A stretch of 32,000 nt of DNA from Candidatus Tenderia sp. (lineage in GTDB: Bacteria > Pseudomonadota > Gammaproteobacteria > Tenderiales > Tenderiaceae). Numbering within the stretch: position 1 is the first letter of the stretch; every line of letters begins with the position of its first letter. Where the stretch lies: NCBI GenBank assembly GCA_031416075.1, contig JANOSY010000024.1, positions 39,414-71,413 of the forward strand. The letters are read 5' to 3'. A program made the translations under genes and the position numbers. This document shows positions 16,401 to 24,156 of this stretch, one piece after another. The notes below the pieces were generated by a model. It worked only from the letters and a program-made list of their open reading frames with translations. It ran no database searches and was not told where the DNA came from.

Positions 16401-19100
16401 GGCAGTGCCATTGGTCAAACCGGTCACAACGATGGGGCTAGCACTCCCTGTTCCAGTAAGCCCGTGGGGAGTAGAGGTAACCGTATAACCAGTGATACTG
16501 CTACCACCGTTAAACGCAGGCGCGGAAAAGCTCACCGCCGCCTGAGCATTAGCCGGAGTAGCCGTGCCGATAGTCGGCGCACCGGGTACTACCGGAACCA
16601 CACTGAACGAGCGGCTGACCGTAGGCGCGGCCAGATAACTACTGTTGCCCGCCTGATCCGCATCGATGCTACAAGTGCCGGTGGTGACAAAGGTCAGCGT
16701 GCCTCCACCCGTGATGGTGCAGACACCGGTAGTGGTCGAACTGAAACTCACTGTCAGACTCGACGTCGCCGTCGCACTCAATGTCGGTGTTGTACCAAAG
16801 CTCTGTGCACCTGGATTAGCGAAGGTGATGGTCTGACTCGCCTTTGGCGTCACGCTATTGGAAGCGGATGAAGCGCTGCCGGTACCGGCAGAGTTAGTGG
16901 CCGTCACCGTAAAGGTATAGGCCACGCCATTGGTCAAACCCGTGTCCGTGATGGGGCTGGCGGCCCCCGTACCCGTAATGCCACCCGGACTGGAGGTGAC
17001 GGTATAGCCAGTGATGGCGCTGCCACCATTGGAAGCGGGGGTGGAGAAGGTCACCGACGCTTGGGTATCACCTGCCGTCGCCGTACCGATAGTCGGCGCA
17101 CCGGGTACTACCGGAACCACACTGAACGAGCGGCTGACCGTAGGCGCGGCCAGATAACTGCTATTGCCCGCCTGATCCGCATCGATGCTACAGGTGCCGG
17201 TGGTGACAAAGGTCAACGTGCCGCCACCCGTGATGGTGCAGACACCAGTAGTGGTCGAACTGAAACTCACTGTCAGACCTGACGTCGCCGTCGCACTCAA
17301 TGTCGGTGTTGTACCAAAGCTCTGTGCACCCGGATTAGCGAAGGTGATGGTCTGACTCGCCTTTGGCGTCACGCTATTGGAAGCGGATGAAGCGCTGCCG
17401 GTACCGGCCGAGTTAGTGGCCGTCACCGTAAAGGTATAGGCGACGCCATTGGTCAAACCCGTGACCGTGATGGGGCTGGCGGCCCCCGTACCAGTAATAC
17501 CCCCCGGACTGGAAGTGACGGTATAACCAGTAATGGCATTGCTACCACTGGAGCCAGGCGCGGTAAAATTAACTGTCGCCTGGGTATCTCCCGCCGTCGC
17601 CGTGGCACCCGACGGGGCACTGGGGACGGAGATGTTATTGACGGTAATGCTGTTACCGGTAAGGTCGGCAGCCGAGGCCGCAGTGCTGTTCCAGTTTGTC
17701 GCCCCCGCCAGATTGTAGGTAGTACCGCCCACCGACGAGAGGCCGTTTTTATTGAGCAGCGCCTCAACACCACTCTGGTCAGTGGAGTTCAGCGTCACCG
17801 AAAAAGCGGTGCTGCTGGAGGCCGTCACATTAGACGAAGTCAACGTGTAAGTCCCCCCACCCTGCCCGGTCAGGGTCAGATTGTTTACAGCGATCGTATC
17901 ACCTGTTGTCATGTTGGTGGCAGTCACTGCCAACACGTTGCCTGAAGCATCGTAAGTAGCTGAGGTGATCGTGGGGAGAGCGGCATCGGCGATCTGAATA
18001 TCGTTGATCGTGCCATAACCGTTGCCAGCAGAGTAAGTGATGCGGACGTCATCAACGATGTCGAAGCCCGTACCCAAATTGACTGTAATTACACTGGCAT
18101 CGGAATTGGCCGCAAAGCTTGTCGAGGTGACCACGCTGCCATTCTTGTAACCCACCACGTTGACCGTGCCCCCCAGATAGCCCCAGTCGTGCCATTTAAA
18201 CTGGTTGATCTGGAAATCAGAACCATCGGAGCTCTTGATTCTCATGCCCTTCCAGCCGCTGGCAACGCTTCCATCAAAGGTGGTCAGGCCCGTAAAACCT
18301 CCCGCAGGCAGACCCAGGTTGGAATTGTTATACCACTCAATCTTTCCAACACTGGTGCCATTGGTATCGCTGATGTTGAGGACTTCAATGGCTATGCCAG
18401 CCAGATCCGTTGAACCACCTTGGCCATCGGTAGCAACACCGGTTGCCCAACCGCCGTCAGAGGTAAATGTGAGTGTGCCGTTTGCCAATACACCTTTGTA
18501 ATCTGCTGGTGCCAAGGAAGCCACATTAATTGGCCCAGTCCTAACTTCCAGACGCCAATCGCCCCCCTTATCGGTGGCTCCGGTCAGGTTATTCGATGCG
18601 GCAACATATGCACCTGTCGCTGTAGCAAAATCCCGGACAAATCGCTGGCCTGCCATGTCGGCAGCCACATTACATCCATAGAGCAGGATCTCTGCTCCGC
18701 GCTTCAGGCTATTGCCAATAACTACAAGCTCAGCAGTGCGAACAGCCATGTTTTGTGCAGTCAAATCGAACGTGCCCAGTTGTAAAGCGCCAGACGAACC
18801 GTGGGATACAAGATGAATTGCATCAATCTCGCTACGCCCTGCCAGAATCAGCGCCATCTGCGCCAGACCATCCTGCGTGGCGTCAAGCAGATGCACCTCT
18901 GCGCCCGGCTTAACGCCACTCAACAATGCCGGATAATCAGCGACATTGCCTTCAATAAATATAATCTCGTGAGAAGTAGCAGTATGGGAGTTCAGTACAG
19001 CGGCACTGACCTGAAAAACCACCATAAAGAGGGCGAGAAACATTGATAACTGGAGCACTATTTTTGTCAGCGGCAGCCATGCAAAATTCGATTTGTTCAT
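12765..19100 (-). CDS. Giant mosaic surface adhesin-like protein (2111 codons as sequenced)
   Basis: GGAGGG lies 4 nt upstream of the ATG, and the N-terminus is signal or anchor-like (IVLQLSMFLALFMVVFQVSAA). A DUF4347-like N-domain follows (EIIFIEGNV...IDAIHLVSHGSSGALQLG). The middle holds seven FN3-like modules (xITGYTVTSxPGG...TNGxAYTFTVxATN) interleaved with three Ig-like modules (QTITFANPGAxSF...). Downstream come an HYR-like segment, a Calx-beta-like segment (VPYTVAGTASTDGSDH...VNDGAGEGTESL), a PKD-like segment (VTATVTDPNLGDTHSYNWSG) and TSP3-like Ca-binding repeats (DSDGDGINDD...DSDGDGIPNYLD). The ORF ends with a choice-of-anchor-like domain (IEDGGPNDADGVADMRIKDPGG), a Gly-rich/TM/RR tail and an OMP beta-barrel ending GVGYRF. 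Domain names are from motif memory. Confidence 0.85.
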   Translation of the reverse strand: MNKSNFAWLPLTKIVLQLSMFLALFMVVFQVSAAVLNSHTATSHEIIFIEGNVADYPALLSGVKPGAEVHLLDATQDGLAQMALILAGRSEIDAIHLVSHGSSGALQLGTFDLTAQNMAVRTAELVVIGNSLKRGAEILLYGCNVAADMAGQRFVRDFATATGAYVAASNNLTGATDKGGDWRLEVRTGPINVASLAPADYKGVLANGTLTFTSDGGWATGVATDGQGGSTDLAGIAIEVLNISDTNGTSVGKIEWYNNSNLGLPAGGFTGLTTFDGSVASGWKGMRIKSSDGSDFQINQFKWHDWGYLGGTVNVVGYKNGSVVTSTSFAANSDASVITVNLGTGFDIVDDVRITYSAGNGYGTINDIQIADAALPTITSATYDASGNVLAVTATNMTTGDTIAVNNLTLTGQGGGTYTLTSSNVTASSSTAFSVTLNSTDQSGVEALLNKNGLSSVGGTTYNLAGATNWNSTAASAADLTGNSITVNNISVPSAPSGATATAGDTQATVNFTAPGSSGSNAITGYTVTSSPGGITGTGAASPITVTGLTNGVAYTFTVTATNSAGTGSASSASNSVTPKASQTITFANPGAQSFGTTPTLSATATSGLTVSFSSTTTGVCTITGGGTLTFVTTGTCSIDADQAGNSSYLAAPTVSRSFSVVPVVPGAPTIGTATAGDTQASVTFSTPASNGGSAITGYTVTSSPGGITGTGAASPITDTGLTNGVAYTFTVTATNSAGTGSASSASNSVTPKASQTITFANPGAQSFGTTPTLSATATSSLTVSFSSTTTGVCTITGGGTLTFVTTGTCSIDADQAGNSSYLAAPTVSRSFSVVPVVPGAPTIGTATPANAQAAVSFSAPAFNGGSSITGYTVTSTPHGLTGTGSASPIVVTGLTNGTAYTFTVTATNSAGTGSASSASSSVTPATVPGAPVIGAPTAGNGQAMVSFSAPSTGGSAITGYTATSSPGGFTGTGASSPVTVTGLSNGTAYSFTVTATNAIGTGSPSASSSSVIPATVPGAPTIGVATAGNTQASVSFSGPASDGGRMITGYTVTSTPGGLAGTGSATPIIVTGLTNGTAYTFMVSATNSVGSGSNSAASNSVTPAALPGAPTIGSATAGDAAAAVAFTAPVSNGGSAITSYTVTSSPGAHVATGTSSPISVTGLSNGTTYTFTVKATNSVGTGIDSASSNSVTPKGVQTITFANPGAKSFDSTPALTATASSALAVAFTSSTTSVCTITSAGALTFVTAGSCTINANQAGSGSFLAATQVSQSFTVTAVVPGAPTIGAAVADSGQATISFTAPAYTGGSVITGYTVTSTPGGLTGTGSASPITVTGLTNGTAYTFTAVATNSAGSGAASAASNSVTPASGPAITAPADVTVDAVGLFTPVVIGTATVVESGVTPQVTLVNGVAVTAKPTHFRPGANVVTWSATDGAGKSGTAVQRVNVTPLVDFSKSQVSAEGATVSFKVILNGAAVSYPVTVPYTVAGTASTDGSDHNLVAGNIIINGPGLETSVNVQLVNDGAGEGTESLVITMGTPTNAVAGLVRTHTMEIHEGNVVPTVGLSAVQGSGATRIIGQSSGMVTVTATVTDPNLGDTHSYNWSGTDNALVDSDGVASTFTLDPSGLTPGIYTLKVAVGDGVASGNAELLIKVEATLPVLTAVDSDGDGINDDVEGYGDSDGDGIPNYLDSSTVARNVVQEKQAEASQYLMETEPGLSISLGRVAMQAGGNRIGVSDSDVYNYGRDGAGAVEDEGYTYNNGLFDFNVAELPVAGQQIKVVLAQFEAIPANAVYRKLMATGWQAFVVNANNSIASAAGSAGYCPPPGDSAYISGLTEGHWCVQLTIEDGGPNDADGVADMRIKDPGGVAQPISQLITITITGGGGGAVSYWLLLLLAGGVLMRRYGCRVLMLPLLLMGATAQADSSLMPGYAGLNYLSVSSGERGADFERDLTALGLTASVTQTDLSRRGWSPYIGYQMNELLAIEIGYVDLGRVTTTATGSTSDLNGYLDAASGVYPTTASGWTFNYVMRKQLSEHLNGLVRFGALIWQADYTLTSATASRKFSDDGMDINFGIGVEMNITPHLPLRLGWNRYRFTDINVDAVELGVGYRF
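13406..13413 (-). repeat. G8 homopolymer (C8 on the plus strand) at the adhesin/barrel junction
   Basis: The coding strand reads GCG GGG GGG GTG TTG ATG. The tract encodes the GG of ...LLLLLAGGVLM and ends 5 nt before the internal ATG. Confidence 0.95.
15001..17630 (-). repeat. In-frame array of FN3-like (x7) and Ig-like (x3) coding modules inside the adhesin
   Basis: Protein blocks recur with a period of ~90 aa: PGAPTIG...ITGYTVTS...VTGLTNGTAYTFTVTATNSAGTGSASSASNSVTP. Blocks of ~83 aa of the form QTITFANPGA...SFSV/TV lie between them. Confidence 0.85.
16567..17604 (-). repeat. Two tandem 519-bp (173-codon) near-identical units, each one Ig-like plus one FN3-like module
   Basis: The string CCGATAGTCGGCGCACCGGGTACTACCGGAACCACACTGAACGAGCGGCTGACC occurs at 16567 and again at 17086. 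My hand alignment of 16567-~16975 against 17086-~17494 shows about a dozen mismatches in ~410 nt, and identity decays after that. Confidence 0.85.
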
Positions 19101-19432
19101 TTATCCCTCCAGGATAGTTAGAACATGCTTATTTATAAAAAACTGAGGCCCAATGAATCATGCACAGTTCAGGCAGAGGGCCTGATTAAACCAAAATTTT
19201 GATTTTTCACATCCGTGTTGATATCAATGCCATCCATTTATTTTTCTTCGCCACACTAAGATGTAGTGCCGCATCATTCTGTTACAAACAGAACGAGCAT
19301 GATTACTATCGGATTGCCCTCCGATCTACTTTAAATTTATTTGAAGGAAAGAATTTAATCTGCCATTCTGGAAAAGAACCCGTCACTGACGGGAGGCATT
19401 TTCAATCACAACCAAAGCGTAAGGAAAATTTG

Positions 19433-20041
19433 ATGGATGGTTATCTCGGAACAATAGTAATGTGGCCAATGGACTGGGCACCGCAGAATTGGGCAATATG
19501 TGACGGCGCTGTAATAGCCGTGCAACAAAACACTGCACTTTTCTCACTGCTCGGCACAAAGTTCGGCGGCAATGGAACCACTACGTTTGCACTGCCCGAC
19601 TTGCGTGGACGTATGCCCATCGGCATGGGCCAGGGTACTGGACTGCCCAGTTACACACTGGGCCAGCAAGGCGGCATGGCAAACACAACGCTCACCCAAA
19701 GCAATCTCCCTTCTCACACCCACCCAGCAACGATGTCATTGACGGGACTTGGTGCAACCACAACCTTGAATGTCTCTACACAAGGAGGCGGTTCGAACAC
19801 GCCTGCAACAGGGGCCTCTTTATGTGCGACGACAGGAGGGCCTGGCGGTGCCGATATTTACATTACCCCTGCACCAACAGCAAATCTGGTGGCACTCGGC
19901 AATATCAGCACCGCAGTCAGTGGCTCAGGCACGGTGACTGTCGACGCCACTGGCAACGGCCAGGCTTTTGATAACCATCCACCATACCTGGGTATAAACT
20001 TCATCATCTGCGTCAGTGGCATGTACCCATCACGTCCTTGA
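19433..20041 (+). CDS. Phage tail collar domain protein (MdpB / microcystin-dependent-protein-like), 202 aa
   Basis: I set the start at the ATG with AAGGA upstream (MDGYLGTIVMWPMDWAPQNWAICDG). Collar-domain hallmarks are present: NTALFSLLGTKFGGNGTTTFALPDLRGRMPIGMGQG, LPSHTH, and the C-terminal FDNHPPYLGINFIICVSGMYPSR. The upstream 78 codons of the track ORF have no support. Confidence 0.8.
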   Translation: MDGYLGTIVMWPMDWAPQNWAICDGAVIAVQQNTALFSLLGTKFGGNGTTTFALPDLRGRMPIGMGQGTGLPSYTLGQQGGMANTTLTQSNLPSHTHPATMSLTGLGATTTLNVSTQGGGSNTPATGASLCATTGGPGGADIYITPAPTANLVALGNISTAVSGSGTVTVDATGNGQAFDNHPPYLGINFIICVSGMYPSRP

Positions 20042-20056
20042 TCGACAGGAATGGAT

Positions 20057-20085
20057 AAAAAAACGCGGGGCAACCCGCGTTTTTT
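20057..20085. terminator. Bidirectional rho-independent terminator shared by the tail-collar gene (+) and sucD (-)
   Basis: AAAAAAA-CGCGGG-gcaa-CCCGCG-TTTTTT. The stem is 6 GC-rich bp with a GNRA-type loop, and it is flanked by an A-run and a T-run, so it can work on either strand. Confidence 0.8.
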
Positions 20086-20172
20086 CTCTCCGGCTTAAAG
20101 CAGAAACGCCACTACTCCCCGATAAGAAGTAGCAGCATTTTGATTTCAAACACCCACAACAGGGTAGATCGG

Positions 20173-21039
20173 TTACAGAACCTCCAGCATCCTGCTGCCA
20201 ATCTCGGCGGGTGAACGAACCACATGGGCACCAGCGGCGGAGAGCGCCTTAAACTTCTCTTCCGCCGTCCCTTTACCACCAGCGATAATGGCACCGGCAT
20301 GTCCCATACGTTTGCCGGGCGGCGCGGTGACACCCGCGATATAAGCAACTACAGGCTTGGTGACATACTCCCTAATATATTCAGCGGCGGCCTCTTCGGC
20401 GCTGCCACCGATCTCACCGACCATGACGATCCCTTCGGTCTGTGGATCGTTCTGAAACAGCTCAAGGCAGTCGATGAAATCCATGCCTTGAATCGGGTCG
20501 CCACCGATGCCGATGCAGGTGCTCTGCCCCAGACCGTTGTTGGTGGTCTGGAACACCGCTTCGTAGGTAAGTGTGCCGGAGCGAGACACAATACCAATCT
20601 TGCCCGGCTTGTGGATGTTGCCGGGCATGATGCCGATCTTGCACTCACCGGGAGTGATCAGGCCAGGACAGTTGGGACCGATCAGGCGTACATCGCTACC
20701 CGCCAGCGCATATTTAACCTTGAGCATATCCTGCACTGGAATCCCTTCGGTGATGCAAGCGATAACACTGATACCGGCATCGGCCGCCTCAAGGATGGCA
20801 TCGGCGGCGAATGCAGCAGGCACGTAGATCATGGTGGCATCGGCACCCGTTTCACGCACCGCATCGTGCACGGTATCAAACACCGGCAGGTTGAGATGCC
20901 GTTGACCACCCTTGCCCGGCGTGACACCGCCGACCATCTTGGTGCCGTAAGCAATGCCCTGTTCGGAGTGGAAGGTACCCTGCTTACCGGTAAACCCCTG
21001 GCAGATCACCTTGGTGTTTTTATTGATCAGAACCGCCAT
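20173..21039 (-). CDS. sucD: Succinyl-CoA synthetase subunit alpha
   Basis: [27 protein letters not shown]... The phosphohistidine-loop context MGHAGAII is present. The gene starts 1 nt after the sucC stop. Confidence 0.95.
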   Translation of the reverse strand: MAVLINKNTKVICQGFTGKQGTFHSEQGIAYGTKMVGGVTPGKGGQRHLNLPVFDTVHDAVRETGADATMIYVPAAFAADAILEAADAGISVIACITEGIPVQDMLKVKYALAGSDVRLIGPNCPGLITPGECKIGIMPGNIHKPGKIGIVSRSGTLTYEAVFQTTNNGLGQSTCIGIGGDPIQGMDFIDCLELFQNDPQTEGIVMVGEIGGSAEEAAAEYIREYVTKPVVAYIAGVTAPPGKRMGHAGAIIAGGKGTAEEKFKALSAAGAHVVRSPAEIGSRMLEVL

Positions 21040-21040
21040 C

Positions 21041-22210
21041 TCACTTCACTCCTTTGGAGGCTGCAACGGCCTTCTGCGCCGCATCGGTCAGATCAAGCGC
21101 GCTGGTAATCGCCAGACCGCTGTTGTCCAGCAGCTCACGGCCCAGTGCCGCATTCGTCCCTTCAAGGCGCACGATCACCGGGATCGACATCCCGATCTCT
21201 TTTACTGCCGCAATAATCCCTTCAGCAATCAGATTGCAACGCACGATGCCGCCGAAGATGTTGACCAGTACCGCCTTCACTTTTTTATCACCGAGGATCA
21301 GCTTGAACGCCTCTGCCACCTTCTCAGCCGTCGTACCACCACCAACATCGAGGAAGTTGGCAGGGAAACCACCGTGCAGCTTGATCAAGTCCATCGTCGC
21401 CATCGCCAGACCGGCACCATTGACCATGCAACCGATCTCGCCATCTAGCGTCACATAGTTCAGGCCGTGTTTTTCAGCTTCGTGTTCGGTGGGGTCTTCC
21501 TGAGAGGCGTCCTGCATCTCCGCCACATGTTTCTGTCGATACAGCGCGCTGCTGTCGATACCGACCTTGGCATCCAGCGCCAGCAGCTCACCGGCCTTGG
21601 TGATCACCAGTGGATTGATCTCCACCATGCTGGCATCTTTTTCGGTAAACATCTTGTAGAGCGACATGAGCAGCTTGGTCATCTGACCGGCGAGTTCGGC
21701 AGGCAGGCCGATGCCAAAACTGATCTGGCGGCACTGGTAAGGCATCAGCCCCACAGCGGGATCGACAACGACCTTGATCAGCGCCTCGGGCTGATTCTCA
21801 GCCACCTCTTCGATATCCATACCCCCCATGGCAGAGGCCATTAACACAATACGCTCACTACCACGGTCCACCAGCAGGCTGACATACAGCTCTTTATCAA
21901 TATCGCAAAGCGACTCGATCAATACCGTATTAATAGGCAAACCCTTGGCATCGGTCTGGTGTGTCACCAACCGTGTACCAAAATAACCCTGCGCAGCCAC
22001 CTTAAGCTCATCAACACTCTTGACCCGCTTCACGCCACCTGCCTTACCCCGGCCACCGGCGTGAACCTGGGCCTTAATTACCCAACCAGTACCACCCAAT
22101 GTATTGGCTGCGGCCTCTACCTCGGCCACCGACTTGGCAGCGACACCCTTGAGTATTGGCACGCCATACTGCAAGAAGAGCTGTTTTGCTTGATATTCAT
22201 GAAGATTCAT
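21041..22210 (-). CDS. sucC: Succinyl-CoA synthetase subunit beta
   Basis: [18 protein letters not shown]... It has an ATP-grasp N-terminal half and a CoA-ligase C-terminal half (NIFGGIVRC). It is tightly coupled to sucD. Confidence 0.95.
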   Translation of the reverse strand: MNLHEYQAKQLFLQYGVPILKGVAAKSVAEVEAAANTLGGTGWVIKAQVHAGGRGKAGGVKRVKSVDELKVAAQGYFGTRLVTHQTDAKGLPINTVLIESLCDIDKELYVSLLVDRGSERIVLMASAMGGMDIEEVAENQPEALIKVVVDPAVGLMPYQCRQISFGIGLPAELAGQMTKLLMSLYKMFTEKDASMVEINPLVITKAGELLALDAKVGIDSSALYRQKHVAEMQDASQEDPTEHEAEKHGLNYVTLDGEIGCMVNGAGLAMATMDLIKLHGGFPANFLDVGGGTTAEKVAEAFKLILGDKKVKAVLVNIFGGIVRCNLIAEGIIAAVKEIGMSIPVIVRLEGTNAALGRELLDNSGLAITSALDLTDAAQKAVAASKGVK

Positions 22211-22343
22211 ACTGGCATCCTTCGCCTGATTCGTAAATTAGCGCCCATTTTTTATGGCCCTGAACAACCATGCTATCGACCGCAACTAATGGAGGTTGAC
22301 TGAACACACACCACCATACCTCTTCAACTCAGAGAAACGGACA

Positions 22344-22371
22344 GTGATAAAAAGAAAAATGGAAATTGCAA
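22344..22371 (-). promoter_or_regulatory. Weak candidate sigma70 promoter upstream of sucC
   Basis: The minus strand reads TTGCAA (22366-22371), a 16-nt spacer, then TATCAC (22344-22349), about 135 nt upstream of the sucC ATG. Found by eye only. Confidence 0.2.
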
Positions 22372-22464
22372 CGCCGCAACCTACACCCACTCAGGGCAAC
22401 GGGCAGCGCCGTGCCATTATAATGCAGAAATCCAGACAGGCAATCGACGTGCTAAATGCCCGTT

Positions 22465-23730
22465 TCAGCGACGCACCACCAGCGCCGGGGTGATATCCAC
22501 TTTTGCGGAATAGATCGCCTCAAGCTCAACCACCTCAAGCCCCGCCTTTTCATTGCCATGCTGCTGAGCCATGCGGTACCACTGCAACGCCTGGGCGTAA
22601 TCCTGTGTCACTCCCCAACCATTTTTATAGAGTGTCGCCACATGATACTGGGCATCGGGATCACCTTGACGAGCCGCTACTGTCAGCCATTGCGCGGCCT
22701 TTTTAAGATCCTTTGCAACACCATCACCCGTCAGGTAAATCAACCCCAGATTAAACTGCGCCGTCAACTCACCCTGCTGTGTAGCCAAGGTATACCACTC
22801 AATCGCCCTGACCATATCCACGGCCACGCCCAACCCTTTGTGGTACATAAAACCGATGCTGCTCTGGGCCTTTGCGTACCCCTGTCGCGCTGCGTTTTGG
22901 TACCACATCAATGCACGTTCATAATCACGCCCAGTCCCATTGCCATCACGGTACATCAATGCCAGATTGGTTTGAGCCACCACATTTCCCTGGGTCGCCG
23001 CCTTGTAGAACAGCTCAAATGATCTGGACAGATCAACCTCGCCCCCCTCGCCATTCATATACATCATGCCTAAGGTCACCTGGGCATCCGGGCTGGACTG
23101 GGCAGCCGCCTTGCTCAACCACTCCCGCGCCAGCTCAAAGTTCTGGACCACGCCATCACCCTTTTTATACATGTAACCCAAGCTATACTGGGCAAAACTG
23201 TACTCCTGTTCCGCCGCCAAACGGTACCAACGCTCAGCTTCAGCTAAATTCTTAACCACCCCTTCACCGTAATAGTGGATGTCACCCACCGCATATTGTG
23301 CCGCCGCCAAACCATTGTCCGCGGCCTTGCGTAACCACTTCAGCCCCAGCCAGCTATCCTTCACTACCCCTTCGCCACGGCTGTACATAAACCCCAAGCT
23401 GAACTGGGCATAAGCAAAATCCTGCACCGCCGCCTTGCGATACCAGGCAGCAGCCTGATGGTAATCTTGGGCAACCTGTTCGCCGTAATAGTAAAAATCA
23501 GCCAGCTCACTCTGCTGGACCGGACTCACTACATGGAGAAACTGATTATCGCTACAGGGGGCCGCCAATCGATTGACCGTCGCTTGCTGCCACTCAACAC
23601 AATTTAGGTCTACCGTAGAAAAACTGAGCTGTCGGGCGCGATCATCCACCGCTGCCTGCACGATAGGGGCGCATATTAATAGCGTCGGCAATACAACCAG
23701 ATTTAGTTTTAAAAGATACCGAAAACTCAT
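22465..23730 (-). CDS. Secreted Sel1-like repeat (SLR/TPR-family) protein with nine repeats
   Basis: I set the start at the ATG with GGAG 6 nt upstream (MSFRYLLKLNLVVLPTLLICAPIVQA, a signal peptide). Nine ~36-aa units of the form xLGxMYxxGxGVxxDxxxAxxWYxKAAxQGxxxAQ follow. Confidence 0.85.
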   Translation of the reverse strand: MSFRYLLKLNLVVLPTLLICAPIVQAAVDDRARQLSFSTVDLNCVEWQQATVNRLAAPCSDNQFLHVVSPVQQSELADFYYYGEQVAQDYHQAAAWYRKAAVQDFAYAQFSLGFMYSRGEGVVKDSWLGLKWLRKAADNGLAAAQYAVGDIHYYGEGVVKNLAEAERWYRLAAEQEYSFAQYSLGYMYKKGDGVVQNFELAREWLSKAAAQSSPDAQVTLGMMYMNGEGGEVDLSRSFELFYKAATQGNVVAQTNLALMYRDGNGTGRDYERALMWYQNAARQGYAKAQSSIGFMYHKGLGVAVDMVRAIEWYTLATQQGELTAQFNLGLIYLTGDGVAKDLKKAAQWLTVAARQGDPDAQYHVATLYKNGWGVTQDYAQALQWYRMAQQHGNEKAGLEVVELEAIYSAKVDITPALVVRR

Positions 23731-24100
23731 AAACAACTCCACTCAACTCGCTGTTTATCAAAGATAAACACTCTAAAAAGACAACGACCGCAGCGTTGAA
23801 CAAAGTGTCTGTGAGATAATAAAAACCGCCAAACACCTAGCTTGTTAACGGTTCCAGAAGAAAATTCTTAATTAAAAATAAGCTAACCTCCCCACATAAA
23901 CCCCAAAAAAACCTCCGTCACAACCTCATAAAACACCTTCAACAGAATGATTTGTATTAATAAAACACCCAGCCACAAAGGGCCTGATTTTAATTTACAC
24001 ACCACATAAAGCCCCCTTATTTTTCACAAACCCACTGATCCCGATCCGCCCTACCGAACACCATCATTTTTAGCAATCTCTTCTGTAATCATTCCAAAAC

Positions 24101-24129
24101 TTGCGCCGATACCAATGCCCCCTCATAAT
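24101..24129 (+). promoter_or_regulatory. Candidate sigma70 promoter for dxs
   Basis: TTGCGC (24101-24106), a 17-nt spacer, then CATAAT (24124-24129). This is ~28 nt upstream of the dxs ATG, with GAGAG just before the start. Confidence 0.3.
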
Positions 24130-24156
24130 TGACCGTTTTTACACTACGCTGAGAGC

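Noticed and set aside
15001-17630. Regularly spaced DNA repeats that could be mistaken for a CRISPR array or a non-coding tandem array.
   Set aside because: The units are 250-520 bp and in frame. They encode FN3-like and Ig-like modules of one continuous ORF, and there is no short repeat/spacer structure.
17453-17773. 106-aa Arg/Pro-rich same-strand alternative-frame ORF inside the adhesin. Plus-strand Arg-rich ORFs lie at 16464-16871 and 17061-17282.
   Set aside because: These are off-frame readings of the Gly/Thr/Ala-rich repeat DNA. Their own repetition simply mirrors the 519-bp duplication.
19199-19432. 78-codon N-terminal extension of the tail-collar ORF.
   Set aside because: It starts at a non-ATG codon in AT-rich intergenic DNA without an RBS. 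The collar domain begins right at the ATG at 19433, which does have an AAGGA RBS.
22296-22493. 65-aa ORF in the sucC-Sel1 intergenic region.
   Set aside because: It has no RBS and no motif, it overlaps the Sel1 gene's 3' end, and it lies in the likely sucC promoter/leader region.
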